Of a DNA stretch of 64,000 nucleotides, positions 1-8,675 are shown piece by piece. Source of the stretch: Candidatus Aenigmatarchaeota archaeon (GTDB lineage Archaea; Aenigmatarchaeota; Aenigmatarchaeia; PWEA01; JACQIF01); contig CP066684.1 of assembly GCA_016432325.1 (NCBI GenBank), positions 416,001 to 480,000 of the forward strand. Direction: 5' to 3'. Under the pieces are notes generated by a model. The model worked only from the letters and a program-made list of their open reading frames with translations. It did not search any database and was not told the origin of the DNA. How positions within the stretch are numbered: position 1 is the first letter of the stretch; the number at the start of each line of letters is the position of its first letter. The position numbers and the translations under genes were made by a program.

Positions 1-104
1 GTACCTATCGCGGCTTGGAAAAAGAAAGACATTGACACTATTAGAAGCAGGACTCCTGCGAGCAGTATGAAGAGGGATATCGTTCCGTCGTCCCATTTTA
101 CCAT
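1..104 (-). CDS. 5' part of a membrane/secreted protein running off the window edge (MVKWDDGTISLFILLAGVLLLIVSMSFFF...)
   Basis: Manual translation; ATG at 104 preceded by GAAGGAG-like RBS; hydrophobic N-terminal helix; not in ORF track. Confidence 0.55.
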   Translation of the reverse strand, partial: MVKWDDGTISLFILLAGVLLLIVSMSFFFQAAIG

Positions 105-247
105 GGTTCTCCTTCGGAACGCCCGTATTAAAACATATCTGTCATCACCACCGCCGGTGGTGATATTTTGGAAAGAAGCCCGTCGAGGAGCTTTAACGCC
201 CATTTAACGTTTTTATTCGGGGTTTCGTTACGTACTTCGTGGGTTTG

Positions 248-3200
248 ATGGGTATTGGCACACGCGTTGCGACAGCTCTGATACTCGTTCTCGTAATAAC
301 GCCGTCGCTCGTGCTGGCCGCCGACACGAACAGCGGGCCTTTCAGGGGGGACGCGTTCCTGAAGATATCGGAGGACCTGACGCCGACGGACGCGGTCTTC
401 TACAAACTGACCACCGACCTTACAGAAGGTGCCGCCGCCGACCCCGAAAACAACGACTGGGACTTCAACGCCGCCGTGAACGTAACGGTTCACTTCCTCA
501 ACGCAACCTCTGGCACGCCTCCTCCTATACCCAACGGCGGCGCCACCGACATTTTCAGGATAGAACTCTACTACGACAACACGACAACGGCCGATCCAGT
601 TGCTTTCCTGTACAACGCACTGGTTCCGCCAGTCAACGACACGAACTTCACGTTCATGGTGTACGCCCGCGGAGCCAACATCTCAGGCACCACGGCCAAC
701 ACTCCATTCGCCCTCGTGGCGCCCAATGATACCACTCTGTACGCCAGCTTTCAAAAAAATGGCCCTTCGGTCGCCAAGAGCACGGACAGCGGGACGACGT
801 GGACTGTAGATCAGGTCAACAAAAGAGGCAACACTGGCATAACACAGATCCGGTTGGATGCCGTCAACACGACTCTCGTCTACATCGCTTACGACGATAA
901 TCCCAACAAGTCTGTCGAGGTGGCGAAGACGACGGACGGCGGGACGACGTGGGCCATAACTAACAACAGCAACCCCGTTGCGACGAGCGGCACCACGACA
1001 ACAAGGCTGTCCATGGACGCCTTCAACGACACCGTGGTCTATCTGTCGTACAAAGACGGAACGGACAACGATCTGAGAGTGATGAAGACGACGGACGGCG
1101 GGACGACGTGGGCCACGACCAACGGTAGTAGCCCAGTAGATTCTGCAGGGGATGTCGGTTCGGACAGTTCCATCATCGCAATCGATGCAAACACAGTATA
1201 CGTGGCGTATCGATATACGACAGAGGCAGATCTAAAAGTGGCGAAGACGACGGACGGCGGGACGACGTGGACGATAGCGAACAACAGCTTCCCTGTCGAT
1301 CAGATCGGCGGCCAAGAGACTTCAATCTCCGCGCTGGATGCCAACACGGTATTTGTAGCTTATCAGAGAGGGAATCCGCGCGGCTTCGGAGTGGCTAAGA
1401 CGACGGACGGCGGGACGAATTGGACCATCCTGAACGGCACAAATTCAATAGACCCCCTCGTTACCGTGCGCTGGACATCCATCCAAGCGATAAGCAACGA
1501 CACGCTCTACGTAGCGTACCAGGACAACACGCATGAAATCGTCAAGGTGGCGAAGACGACGGACGGCGGGACGAATTGGACACTGACGACCGTAGACTCT
1601 TCGTCTGCCATGGGGAGAGGCGTAGGCCTCGTCGCGAAAGACGCTAACAACCTCTATCTGGGCTACCGCGACTTCAACAACAGCCTGGCCAGATTCTCCA
1701 AGACCACGGACGGCGGCGAAGGATGGAGCGGGTACGGGTCCGGTGTCTTCCGTCTCAAGATGCGCGTCCGTTCGGTGACTGGCGCGACCACGGACTACGA
1801 CGCCGACACAGAAGCGGGGATAACCGATGCGACACAGCAGGTAACATACGACTCCACGCGTGCACAGGGCTTTGTTCGCGTAAACACGGGAGTCACGAAG
1901 TTCACCTCATACAAAGATATCAACTACACGCAGAACGAAACGCGCTTCATGCGCGGCGAAACCGTATACATGAAGGTCAATACTAACGCGGCCGCGTGGA
2001 ACGAGACCGGTGCCGAAAGCATGCGGCTTACGCTGACAGGTCCCACAACGACCCTTGTGAGTTTCCCTTTCAACCTCACGCGAAACGACAACGCCTATAG
2101 ATTTAATTGGACAATGCAGTCAGGCGTTGACCTTAATGACTACGATGTCGTGCTGAACGTTACGGGCAACACGAGCGCATTCACATCTGGCGACCTATGG
2201 ACGCAATTCAACTCCTCAAGCGTCGGCTTCGTCAACGCAAACAAAACGAACTTCTCCACGACGCTCATGACAGATCCAGACGGCGTGCTCAGCGATACGA
2301 ACGCCTCCTTCTGGGTGGAGGATGGGCTGCGCGTCGCTCAAGACTATGGCCCGCGCCTGAACGGCTCGAACTCGTCTACGATAAACGCGTACGTCCAGCG
2401 CGGTGAGGTAGTCAACGTCTCGTTCATTGTTCTCGACGAGTGGAACCGCACGTTCGCAAACCGCGAGATATTCTGGAACGCGAACACGAGCGGATATGAA
2501 CCCGCGATTGCCCGCGTGAACACGAGCCGCGCCGCGTACGTGGCGTGCGACGGCTACGATACGTCCTTGTCTGTCGTAAACACCACGACCGTTTACGTGG
2601 CCCACAGGAACAGGTGCTCGCTGGGCGTCAAGTTCACCAAGACGACAAACGGCGGCCAGTCGTGGAGCGGCGTGAACGTCTCCACTCTCGGAATTGCGCC
2701 GTCGCTGGAGGCGTTTAACTCCACGCTGATATACGTGAGCTACACAGACGACGAGGATGCCGACAAGTACAAATTCAACGTCTCCAAGAGCACGGACGGC
2801 GGGACGACGTGGACCGTGACGAACAACAGCAACCCCGTAGCCGGACCGGCGAGGCTCGTTGGCCGCTATGGAGACATGGATGTGGTGGATGCGGATACTG
2901 TGTACGTCGTCTACGCCGACAGCGCACAGAACCTCACTGTCGCAAAGACTACCAACGGCGGAACGTCTTGGACGATAACGAACAACAGCAACCCTGTAGC
3001 CGGGGATGCCCGCTCACCAACATTAAGAAATTCTATTGCGGCAGTCAACTCCACGCTGGTTTATGTGGCATACTACGCCAGTGGCAACGATCTCGCCATT
3101 GCGAAGACAGCCAACGGAGGCACATCATGGAACGTGACGACCGTGGACTCGGCAGGCGATGTCGGAGACAATCCGTCCATCGATGTTGTGGACGCCAACA

Positions 3201-4414
3201 CGCTATACGTCAGCTACTACGACAATACCAACGATGACCTGAAGTTCGCGAAGACCACGAACGGAGGGATTACGTGGTCTGTGCAGACATTGGACTCCGC
3301 GGGTAGTGTCGGCCAGTACTCGTCTCTCGACGCGCTGGACGCGAACACGATATACATAGCGTATTACGACGGCGACAACGCGGACCTGAAGGTGATAAGG
3401 AGCGTCGACGCGGGCCAGACGTGGAACATATTCCCAGACGGGACAACCGTGGACGCCGAGGCAGGCAACATACAGGTCGGTCCTGAACCATCCATCATTC
3501 TCGCCTCTGACAGGGCCGCGTGGATAAGCTATAACCGCTTCGATCCCGCGGGCTCTGCCGGGGAATATCTAAAGGTCGCGCGTCTCAACCTCACGCGGTT
3601 GCGCGTCACTGACGCCAACGGTCGCGTAACCGACAACATCACTGTCGAATCCAACTGGACAGACACGTATGCGTCGACGACGCCCGGACAGACGGAAACG
3701 CGAGACTACGCGGTCCACGCTCACTTCCCCTACAACATCACGTCCGCCGCGCAGGGCGCGTACGGCGAGAACGCGTCGCAGGCGTACGCGTTCGACGTCG
3801 ATTCGCAGTACTACGTCGACACCCACGTGCAGAACACGACGACGCTGAGCAAGGACAATCTCAACGACGACAACGAGCAAACGAGCTATGCGGTAGGCAC
3901 CGATACCGTATACGTCTGGGTCCACGCGCGCAACGTGCGCAGCGAGGAGGCGAGCGGGAAAAGCGCGACGACGTACGTATACGCATCCGGCGGCAGCCGC
4001 GGCGGCGCAGACGCCACGTATACCGGAACGACAGGCTCGGACGGCTGGACAGCCCAATTGGGCAGTTTCGCGGCCGTGTCTCCCTCAGGCACGTGGTACT
4101 TCGATTCGGACGTAACGGGCGACAACAACACGGGAACAGACGCTGAAGCGGTGACGTTCACGATAGGCGCTTTCAGCGTGTCGGGCAAGGTCTTCCACTG
4201 GGCGAACGGCACTGCTGTGAACAGCGTCACTGTTACGGCAGTGCTCATAGATGCAGGCGTTTCCATAGAGACCAAGACCGACACGACAGACACGAACGGC
4301 GCTTTCGACGTCGCCTTCGGCACCACGCCGACAGCTGATAAAGAGTACACAATAAACATCACAGTCGCCAAAGGCTCTCTCGTGTCGTATCTAATCCAGA
4401 GGGTGAGAGCGTGA
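248..4414 (+). CDS. Giant secreted adhesin-like glycoprotein with two BNR/Asp-box beta-propeller regions
   Basis: Sec-type signal peptide; ~13 KT(T/S)(D/N)GGxxW Asp-box repeats in two blocks; very dense N-x-S/T sequons; scaffold paralogous to 10008..13247. Confidence 0.85.
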   Translation: MGIGTRVATALILVLVITPSLVLAADTNSGPFRGDAFLKISEDLTPTDAVFYKLTTDLTEGAAADPENNDWDFNAAVNVTVHFLNATSGTPPPIPNGGATDIFRIELYYDNTTTADPVAFLYNALVPPVNDTNFTFMVYARGANISGTTANTPFALVAPNDTTLYASFQKNGPSVAKSTDSGTTWTVDQVNKRGNTGITQIRLDAVNTTLVYIAYDDNPNKSVEVAKTTDGGTTWAITNNSNPVATSGTTTTRLSMDAFNDTVVYLSYKDGTDNDLRVMKTTDGGTTWATTNGSSPVDSAGDVGSDSSIIAIDANTVYVAYRYTTEADLKVAKTTDGGTTWTIANNSFPVDQIGGQETSISALDANTVFVAYQRGNPRGFGVAKTTDGGTNWTILNGTNSIDPLVTVRWTSIQAISNDTLYVAYQDNTHEIVKVAKTTDGGTNWTLTTVDSSSAMGRGVGLVAKDANNLYLGYRDFNNSLARFSKTTDGGEGWSGYGSGVFRLKMRVRSVTGATTDYDADTEAGITDATQQVTYDSTRAQGFVRVNTGVTKFTSYKDINYTQNETRFMRGETVYMKVNTNAAAWNETGAESMRLTLTGPTTTLVSFPFNLTRNDNAYRFNWTMQSGVDLNDYDVVLNVTGNTSAFTSGDLWTQFNSSSVGFVNANKTNFSTTLMTDPDGVLSDTNASFWVEDGLRVAQDYGPRLNGSNSSTINAYVQRGEVVNVSFIVLDEWNRTFANREIFWNANTSGYEPAIARVNTSRAAYVACDGYDTSLSVVNTTTVYVAHRNRCSLGVKFTKTTNGGQSWSGVNVSTLGIAPSLEAFNSTLIYVSYTDDEDADKYKFNVSKSTDGGTTWTVTNNSNPVAGPARLVGRYGDMDVVDADTVYVVYADSAQNLTVAKTTNGGTSWTITNNSNPVAGDARSPTLRNSIAAVNSTLVYVAYYASGNDLAIAKTANGGTSWNVTTVDSAGDVGDNPSIDVVDANTLYVSYYDNTNDDLKFAKTTNGGITWSVQTLDSAGSVGQYSSLDALDANTIYIAYYDGDNADLKVIRSVDAGQTWNIFPDGTTVDAEAGNIQVGPEPSIILASDRAAWISYNRFDPAGSAGEYLKVARLNLTRLRVTDANGRVTDNITVESNWTDTYASTTPGQTETRDYAVHAHFPYNITSAAQGAYGENASQAYAFDVDSQYYVDTHVQNTTTLSKDNLNDDNEQTSYAVGTDTVYVWVHARNVRSEEASGKSATTYVYASGGSRGGADATYTGTTGSDGWTAQLGSFAAVSPSGTWYFDSDVTGDNNTGTDAEAVTFTIGAFSVSGKVFHWANGTAVNSVTVTAVLIDAGVSIETKTDTTDTNGAFDVAFGTTPTADKEYTINITVAKGSLVSYLIQRVRA
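926..1579 (+). repeat. Five near-identical 27-bp Asp-box cores (AAGACGACGGACGGCGGGACGA(CG/AT)TGG) at 926, 1085, 1244, 1397, 1553
   Basis: Direct reading; spacing 159/159/153/156 bp. Confidence 0.9.
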
Positions 4415-5037
4415 GGGCGGCAGCCGGACTTTTCATAGACGTTTTTGCGCGGAAGAGCGCAAAAAGGTCTGAGCACGTGAACTCCAAAGGGTTGTCGATG
4501 ATAATATCGCATGTGCTGGGACTGGCCCTCATGATAGCCGCCTTTGCCGTCGTGTCCGTCGGAATGCTGGGGTATTTCACCACCGTCTCCCATGAAACGC
4601 AGGAAGCTCAGGCGTCGCTAGTGGCTCGCGCCGTCGCAGAAGAGATAGTCAAGATGGAGACGCTCTACAGAGATTCCGACACTCGACCCACTCAGAACAA
4701 TACGAACGTGACTCTCGCGGACGTTTACATGGACGTCCCTCTGAGAATAAGTGGTCACGCGTACTCGATAGAGTTCTTTCCAAGATCAGACCTATGGGTG
4801 GTGAGCAACGCAACAATAAACGGATTGGTGGAGACGCCGCTGAGCGAGGACAGGCCGTACAGCAAGATGCGCATACAAACCGAAGGGTCGGCGGCGATAA
4901 CCCTCGACTACGACATCTACAACATTTTCGCCAAGACCGAAGGTTCTGCAGGGCATACGGACCGCATAAGGCTGCGTTACACGCGCTCGCTCCTGCAAGG
5001 CGCGCTGACGGACAGCATAATATTATCGGGTGCATGA
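4411..5037 (+). CDS. Type IV pilin-like protein (class III signal peptide), leader extended by a hairpin insert
   Basis: KG/LSMIISHVLGLALMI hydrophobic helix; hairpin AGACGTTTTTGCGC-GGAAGA-GCGCAAAAAGGTCT in leader. Confidence 0.75.
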   Translation: MRAAAGLFIDVFARKSAKRSEHVNSKGLSMIISHVLGLALMIAAFAVVSVGMLGYFTTVSHETQEAQASLVARAVAEEIVKMETLYRDSDTRPTQNNTNVTLADVYMDVPLRISGHAYSIEFFPRSDLWVVSNATINGLVETPLSEDRPYSKMRIQTEGSAAITLDYDIYNIFAKTEGSAGHTDRIRLRYTRSLLQGALTDSIILSGA

Positions 5038-5863
5038 CATGCTAAGTAAGAAAGGGTTCAACCAGGTTGATTTGGCAGTAGGCCTGTCTCTGATGCTGGC
5101 CGTGATGACCTTCGCGATAATCTACACGAATACTGCTATCGCGCCTCAGGTTAGCAGCGTGCAGTCCTTCGAGCTGCGGGCCACGGCAAAGGCCCTCGGG
5201 GACATGATATTCGAAGACCGAGGCGTCCCGACAGACTGGCCCTATCAGGAGCCCGTTCGGCCGTCGCTCATGGAGTACATCTACGCTGTCCCGCTCTCCG
5301 TGCGCGAAACGAACGGCACCGGATTGTCCAACGGAGTAATCAGCGTAAACCTGACGACGGGCGAACGCGCGTACAACGGCAGCATAAAGGTCTACGACGG
5401 GAACACGAGCCTCGCCACGAACGTTGTGGCCAGCGGCGATACGGACAGCGACGGCCTGCTCGAATGGGCCAACATTTCGTTCAGGTTCAGCATAGGCCCG
5501 CGGGAGAAGAAGCTGCTCAACGTTTATTACTCCGCGGACAACACGACCGCGGCAGCGTACACGTCACTCACGCAGACCGCGAACACGACGTTCAACGTCA
5601 CGATATTCGGCGAGCAGAGCCTCAAGGGGCTGACGCCGCTGAAGCTCGGACGGATAAACAACAAAACGTCAGCCTACCTGCGCCCCCTCTTCGGCATCAA
5701 GCGCGACTTCAGGATAGAGATCGCAAACGTCACAGGCACCGCGTACGCCGCCGGCGACGACCTTCCGAAGACCACCAACGTCGTTGTCAACGAACGTCTC
5801 ATTCCTTCCCAGAACAGGACTGCTCACATAAATCTGGTAAAAGCAACTCTGTGGATATGGTGA
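5030..5863 (+). CDS. Minor pilin-like protein (class III signal peptide)
   Basis: KKG/FNQVDLAVGLSLML; GVPxDW motif; DTDSDG Ca-binding-like loop; operonic overlap. Confidence 0.75.
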   Translation: MHDMLSKKGFNQVDLAVGLSLMLAVMTFAIIYTNTAIAPQVSSVQSFELRATAKALGDMIFEDRGVPTDWPYQEPVRPSLMEYIYAVPLSVRETNGTGLSNGVISVNLTTGERAYNGSIKVYDGNTSLATNVVASGDTDSDGLLEWANISFRFSIGPREKKLLNVYYSADNTTAAAYTSLTQTANTTFNVTIFGEQSLKGLTPLKLGRINNKTSAYLRPLFGIKRDFRIEIANVTGTAYAAGDDLPKTTNVVVNERLIPSQNRTAHINLVKATLWIW

Positions 5864-5895
5864 TTCAATGAATTTACCGCTCAGAAGGCCAAGAG

Positions 5896-5945
5896 GCGCA
5901 CGAAAAGATTCGCTTTTCGGCGCACCGAAAACCGACGTTTTCGGA
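5896..5945. repeat. Two-hairpin palindromic element (variant of the 8118/25667/51537 family)
   Basis: GCGCA-CGAAAAG-ATTCG-CTTTTCG-GCGCA-CCGAAAAC-CGAC-GTTTTCGG. Confidence 0.7.
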
Positions 5946-5957
5946 GGTGACCAGTAA

Positions 5958-6353
5958 ATGTACGGGAAAGGACTGACTTACACGCTCGAAGCAGTCATAG
6001 CGCTCTCGCTCGTCGCGGTTTCCATGATAGCGGTCTTCAACGGACTGACCGTTCCGCAGGGAGCCCAGTTGCGTTTCGGTGAAGAGAACGCCTTCTCGTG
6101 CCTTAAGAGCCTGGACAGCGACGGCAAGCTGCGGGCCGACGCGGTGGCGCGCAACGCAGGGGCGATATCCAACAACCTGATAGGGTGCATTCGCGGCTCG
6201 TTCAATCATACTGTGCAGGTCTGCCAGGGCACGTGCACAAGCGTGACTCTTGACAGGGACGAGGACGTCGCATCAGTGGAGTATTACATCGCCGGGCACA
6301 ACACGACAAACCCGACGCTTGTGGTGGTATACGCATGGTCTTCCCTAACGTGA
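5958..6353 (+). CDS. Minor pilin-like protein (class III signal peptide)
   Basis: KG/LTYTLEAVIALSLV; GGAGGTGA RBS; four Cys. Confidence 0.78.
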   Translation: MYGKGLTYTLEAVIALSLVAVSMIAVFNGLTVPQGAQLRFGEENAFSCLKSLDSDGKLRADAVARNAGAISNNLIGCIRGSFNHTVQVCQGTCTSVTLDRDEDVASVEYYIAGHNTTNPTLVVVYAWSSLT

Positions 6354-7078
6354 AAGGACAGATGATGCTGATGATGGCAATCATCATAGTGCTCGTCGTC
6401 ATAGCCATACGCATCGAGGCGGACAGCGTCTCAACCATCGAGAGCTTCGACTTCCAGAGGGGAGGCGAACACGAAGCCTTCGACAACGTGCTGCGCGAGT
6501 TGGCGACCAGCGGCCGTCTCGCGTTCACTGAGAATCCGGACGGCGCCTACGTGGACGCGCGCCTGTCGAACTTCACGGCCTTCGTCAGAAAGAAGAAAGA
6601 CGTTTCCGTAATCTACGCCGTCGTCTCCTACAAGCCATCGAACAGGTTCAACGTCACCGTGCGCAACTACCTCGGCGACGAGATGGTCGGCGTGCTAGTT
6701 GAGCACAACGTCTCCGGTTCCGCGACGTCAGCGTCCCTCGGAAGCCTCGCAATCGGCGCTTTCAACAACACGACCGCGACCAGCGCCGTCGCGTCAGAAA
6801 GACCTGTGGAAGTGAACGTCTCTTACACGACGCGCGGCAGCGGGGAGAATTTCAAGCACACGTTCACGGCCATAGTGGGCCCAGCCTACAACTACACGAC
6901 TGTCTACGCCCAGATGACGCTCAAGAGCGGCGATTCATCCCTATCTGACGCGTTCGCATACACGCTCGTCGCGAACTCGAGCTCGGCTGCCGCTTACGCG
7001 ACGCCCTACGGAACGCCTTACGCGTATCCCTATCCGGACCCGATTCCGTACTTGACGCCTTACGGGTCGCCTGCATAG
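6335..7078 (+). CDS. Pilin-like protein with Tyr/Pro-rich C-terminal tail
   Basis: KG/QMMLMMAIIIVLVVI; tail YATPYGTPYAYPYPDPIPYLTPYGSPA. Confidence 0.75.
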   Translation: MVFPNVKGQMMLMMAIIIVLVVIAIRIEADSVSTIESFDFQRGGEHEAFDNVLRELATSGRLAFTENPDGAYVDARLSNFTAFVRKKKDVSVIYAVVSYKPSNRFNVTVRNYLGDEMVGVLVEHNVSGSATSASLGSLAIGAFNNTTATSAVASERPVEVNVSYTTRGSGENFKHTFTAIVGPAYNYTTVYAQMTLKSGDSSLSDAFAYTLVANSSSAAAYATPYGTPYAYPYPDPIPYLTPYGSPA

Positions 7079-7125
7079 TCCCTGATAGCGTCACTAGTGC
7101 CCGCGGGCTGCCTACTCGGATAGAA

Positions 7126-7590
7126 TCAGCAGACGTAGCCGCCGCCGGAAAGCGCGCAGGTGTAGATGGCTTCGCGTGGGCACGTCTTGCTCTGTATCTG
7201 CACGCGGGAAGGCTGTGTCGTTATGCCTGTGACCGCAAAGGTCTGCAGGTCTCCTGAACCCATGGCGACATTCGAGTTTGGAGGAGTGCTTTCCAAAAAG
7301 TCGACCTCGCTCGTGAATGTGACTATCCTGAAGTTGGTCAGGTTCTGCGTGCCCCTGTTGCGCGCCAGAACTGAAATCTTGCCTGCCGACGCGTCGTAGG
7401 TGGCTGCCGTGATCTCCAGTATCGCGCGCTGGCAGCCGCTGCTGAACTCTTCCGCCGCCTGTCCGGATTCGGTTATCTGTTCGCTCGTGAACGTGCGCGC
7501 GAAGACTGCGATGAAGGTCGCGACAGTTATCGTGAAGGCGATGAGCAAGACGGTTGCGATAAGAGGGCTGAGACCCTTCACGTTCCTCAT
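7126..7590 (-). CDS. Archaeal type IV pilin (major-pilin-like, Pilin_N/DUF1628-type N-terminus)
   Basis: KG/LSPLIATVLLIAFTI canonical archaeal pilin N-terminus. Confidence 0.9.
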   Translation of the reverse strand: MRNVKGLSPLIATVLLIAFTITVATFIAVFARTFTSEQITESGQAAEEFSSGCQRAILEITAATYDASAGKISVLARNRGTQNLTNFRIVTFTSEVDFLESTPPNSNVAMGSGDLQTFAVTGITTQPSRVQIQSKTCPREAIYTCALSGGGYVC

Positions 7591-7610
7591 GCGGTTAATG
7601 CATTTCCTTG

Positions 7611-7620
7611 ATTTATAAAT
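7611..7620. promoter_or_regulatory. Palindromic TATA box (ATTTATAAAT) shared by divergent pilin genes
   Basis: Perfect palindrome exactly 20 nt from the ATG on each side (7590 and 7641). Confidence 0.75.
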
Positions 7621-7640
7621 GCCGTGCGCGTACTAGGCCC

Positions 7641-8114
7641 ATGCGGCCCCAGAAGGGAATATCCCCGATTATAGCCGTGGTTCTGCTCATCGGCCTCACT
7701 GTGGCCTCCGCGGCCGTGCTGGTCAATTTCTACGCGCCCTTCCAGCAGGCCCGGCAGTCGGAGATAGAGCAGAAGGGTTCAACAGAAGCGGAATGCGCGT
7801 TCGCCTCCATAGAGTTCACGGACGACGACGTCGCGTCCAACCTCACGGCAAGCACGGACACCGTAAACGTCACCGTCGACAACACTGGAAGCGTGGACCT
7901 ATACGACTTCCAGATAACGGTAACGATAAGCAATATAGCCTACAGTTACGAACCCGACAACGTGACCAAGAGGACGGCCGCTGTGCCCATGAAACCGGGG
8001 GACAAGGTTGTGTTCGTGACTAACGTAACGGACAACCTGTCCGGAACGATAACGTCCGTGGAGGTCGTTGGCCGCAACTGCCCCAGAGCGGCGAGAAAGA
8101 AGGTTGACTTATGA
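7641..8114 (+). CDS. Archaeal type IV pilin
   Basis: MRPQKG/ISPIIAVVLLIGLTV; start moved to ATG 7641 downstream of TATA. Confidence 0.9.
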   Translation: MRPQKGISPIIAVVLLIGLTVASAAVLVNFYAPFQQARQSEIEQKGSTEAECAFASIEFTDDDVASNLTASTDTVNVTVDNTGSVDLYDFQITVTISNIAYSYEPDNVTKRTAAVPMKPGDKVVFVTNVTDNLSGTITSVEVVGRNCPRAARKKVDL

Positions 8115-8668
8115 GCATGTACGAAATATGCGATTTCGACATTTTCAAATGTCGTTTGAAAAGTTCGTACGGCGGGCGTACGAACATACCGAAAGGCCGC
8201 GGCCTTTCGTGCAAAGGAGTGAGCCCGCTGATCGCGACCGTACTGCTGATAGCGTTCGCCATAGCCGCGGCCGGCATACTCGCCAACTTCGTCCTGCCGT
8301 TCACGCAGTCCACTGTGTCAGAAAGCACTTCGCGGGGCAGCAGCGACATCAGCTGTTCGTACGCCAACATCATCATAGACGAGGCCTCATGGAACTCCAC
8401 TTCGAACACGCTCTCTCTTACAATCGAAAACAACGGCCGTGAAACCCTGAAGAACTTCAAAGCCTCCATCGTCAGAACGAACAACACCGTATCGACCCTG
8501 ATACTCGCGCCGACAGGCGCGGAGATGCAGCCCGGAGACATAGAGACGTTCACAAACGCGACAAACGTGGCGCCCTGCAGCGACATCAGCTCGGTCACGG
8601 TGCGTTCGGACACGTGCCCGACAGACGCCCGCCACGAAATACAGAAGGCATCCATAACAAGCTGTTAG
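8111..8668 (+). CDS. Archaeal type IV pilin; leader contains in-frame four-hairpin element
   Basis: KG/VSPLIATVLLIAFAI after a 34-aa atypical leader. Confidence 0.88.
   Translation: MSMYEICDFDIFKCRLKSSYGGRTNIPKGRGLSCKGVSPLIATVLLIAFAIAAAGILANFVLPFTQSTVSESTSRGSSDISCSYANIIIDEASWNSTSNTLSLTIENNGRETLKNFKASIVRTNNTVSTLILAPTGAEMQPGDIETFTNATNVAPCSDISSVTVRSDTCPTDARHEIQKASITSC
8118..8213 (+). mobile_element. 96-bp four-hairpin palindromic element (putative non-autonomous MITE/REP-like), in frame
   Basis: TGTACG[hp]CGACATTTTC[hp]GAAAAGTTCG[hp]CGAACATACCGA[hp]TCGTGCA; same scaffold at 25667..25759; mobility is inferred. Confidence 0.75.
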
Positions 8669-8675
8669 TGATAAG

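Noticed and set aside
926-1579. Regularly spaced 27-bp repeats as a CRISPR array
   Set aside because: In-frame Asp-box codons within a CDS, spacers ~130 bp, no cas genes
248-4414. Calling the BNR protein a sialidase
   Set aside because: Asp-boxes alone indicate a propeller; no RIP motif or catalytic arginine triad recognised
7126-8668. Archaellum locus
   Set aside because: Pilins lack archaellin signature and no arlF/G/H/J cluster is present
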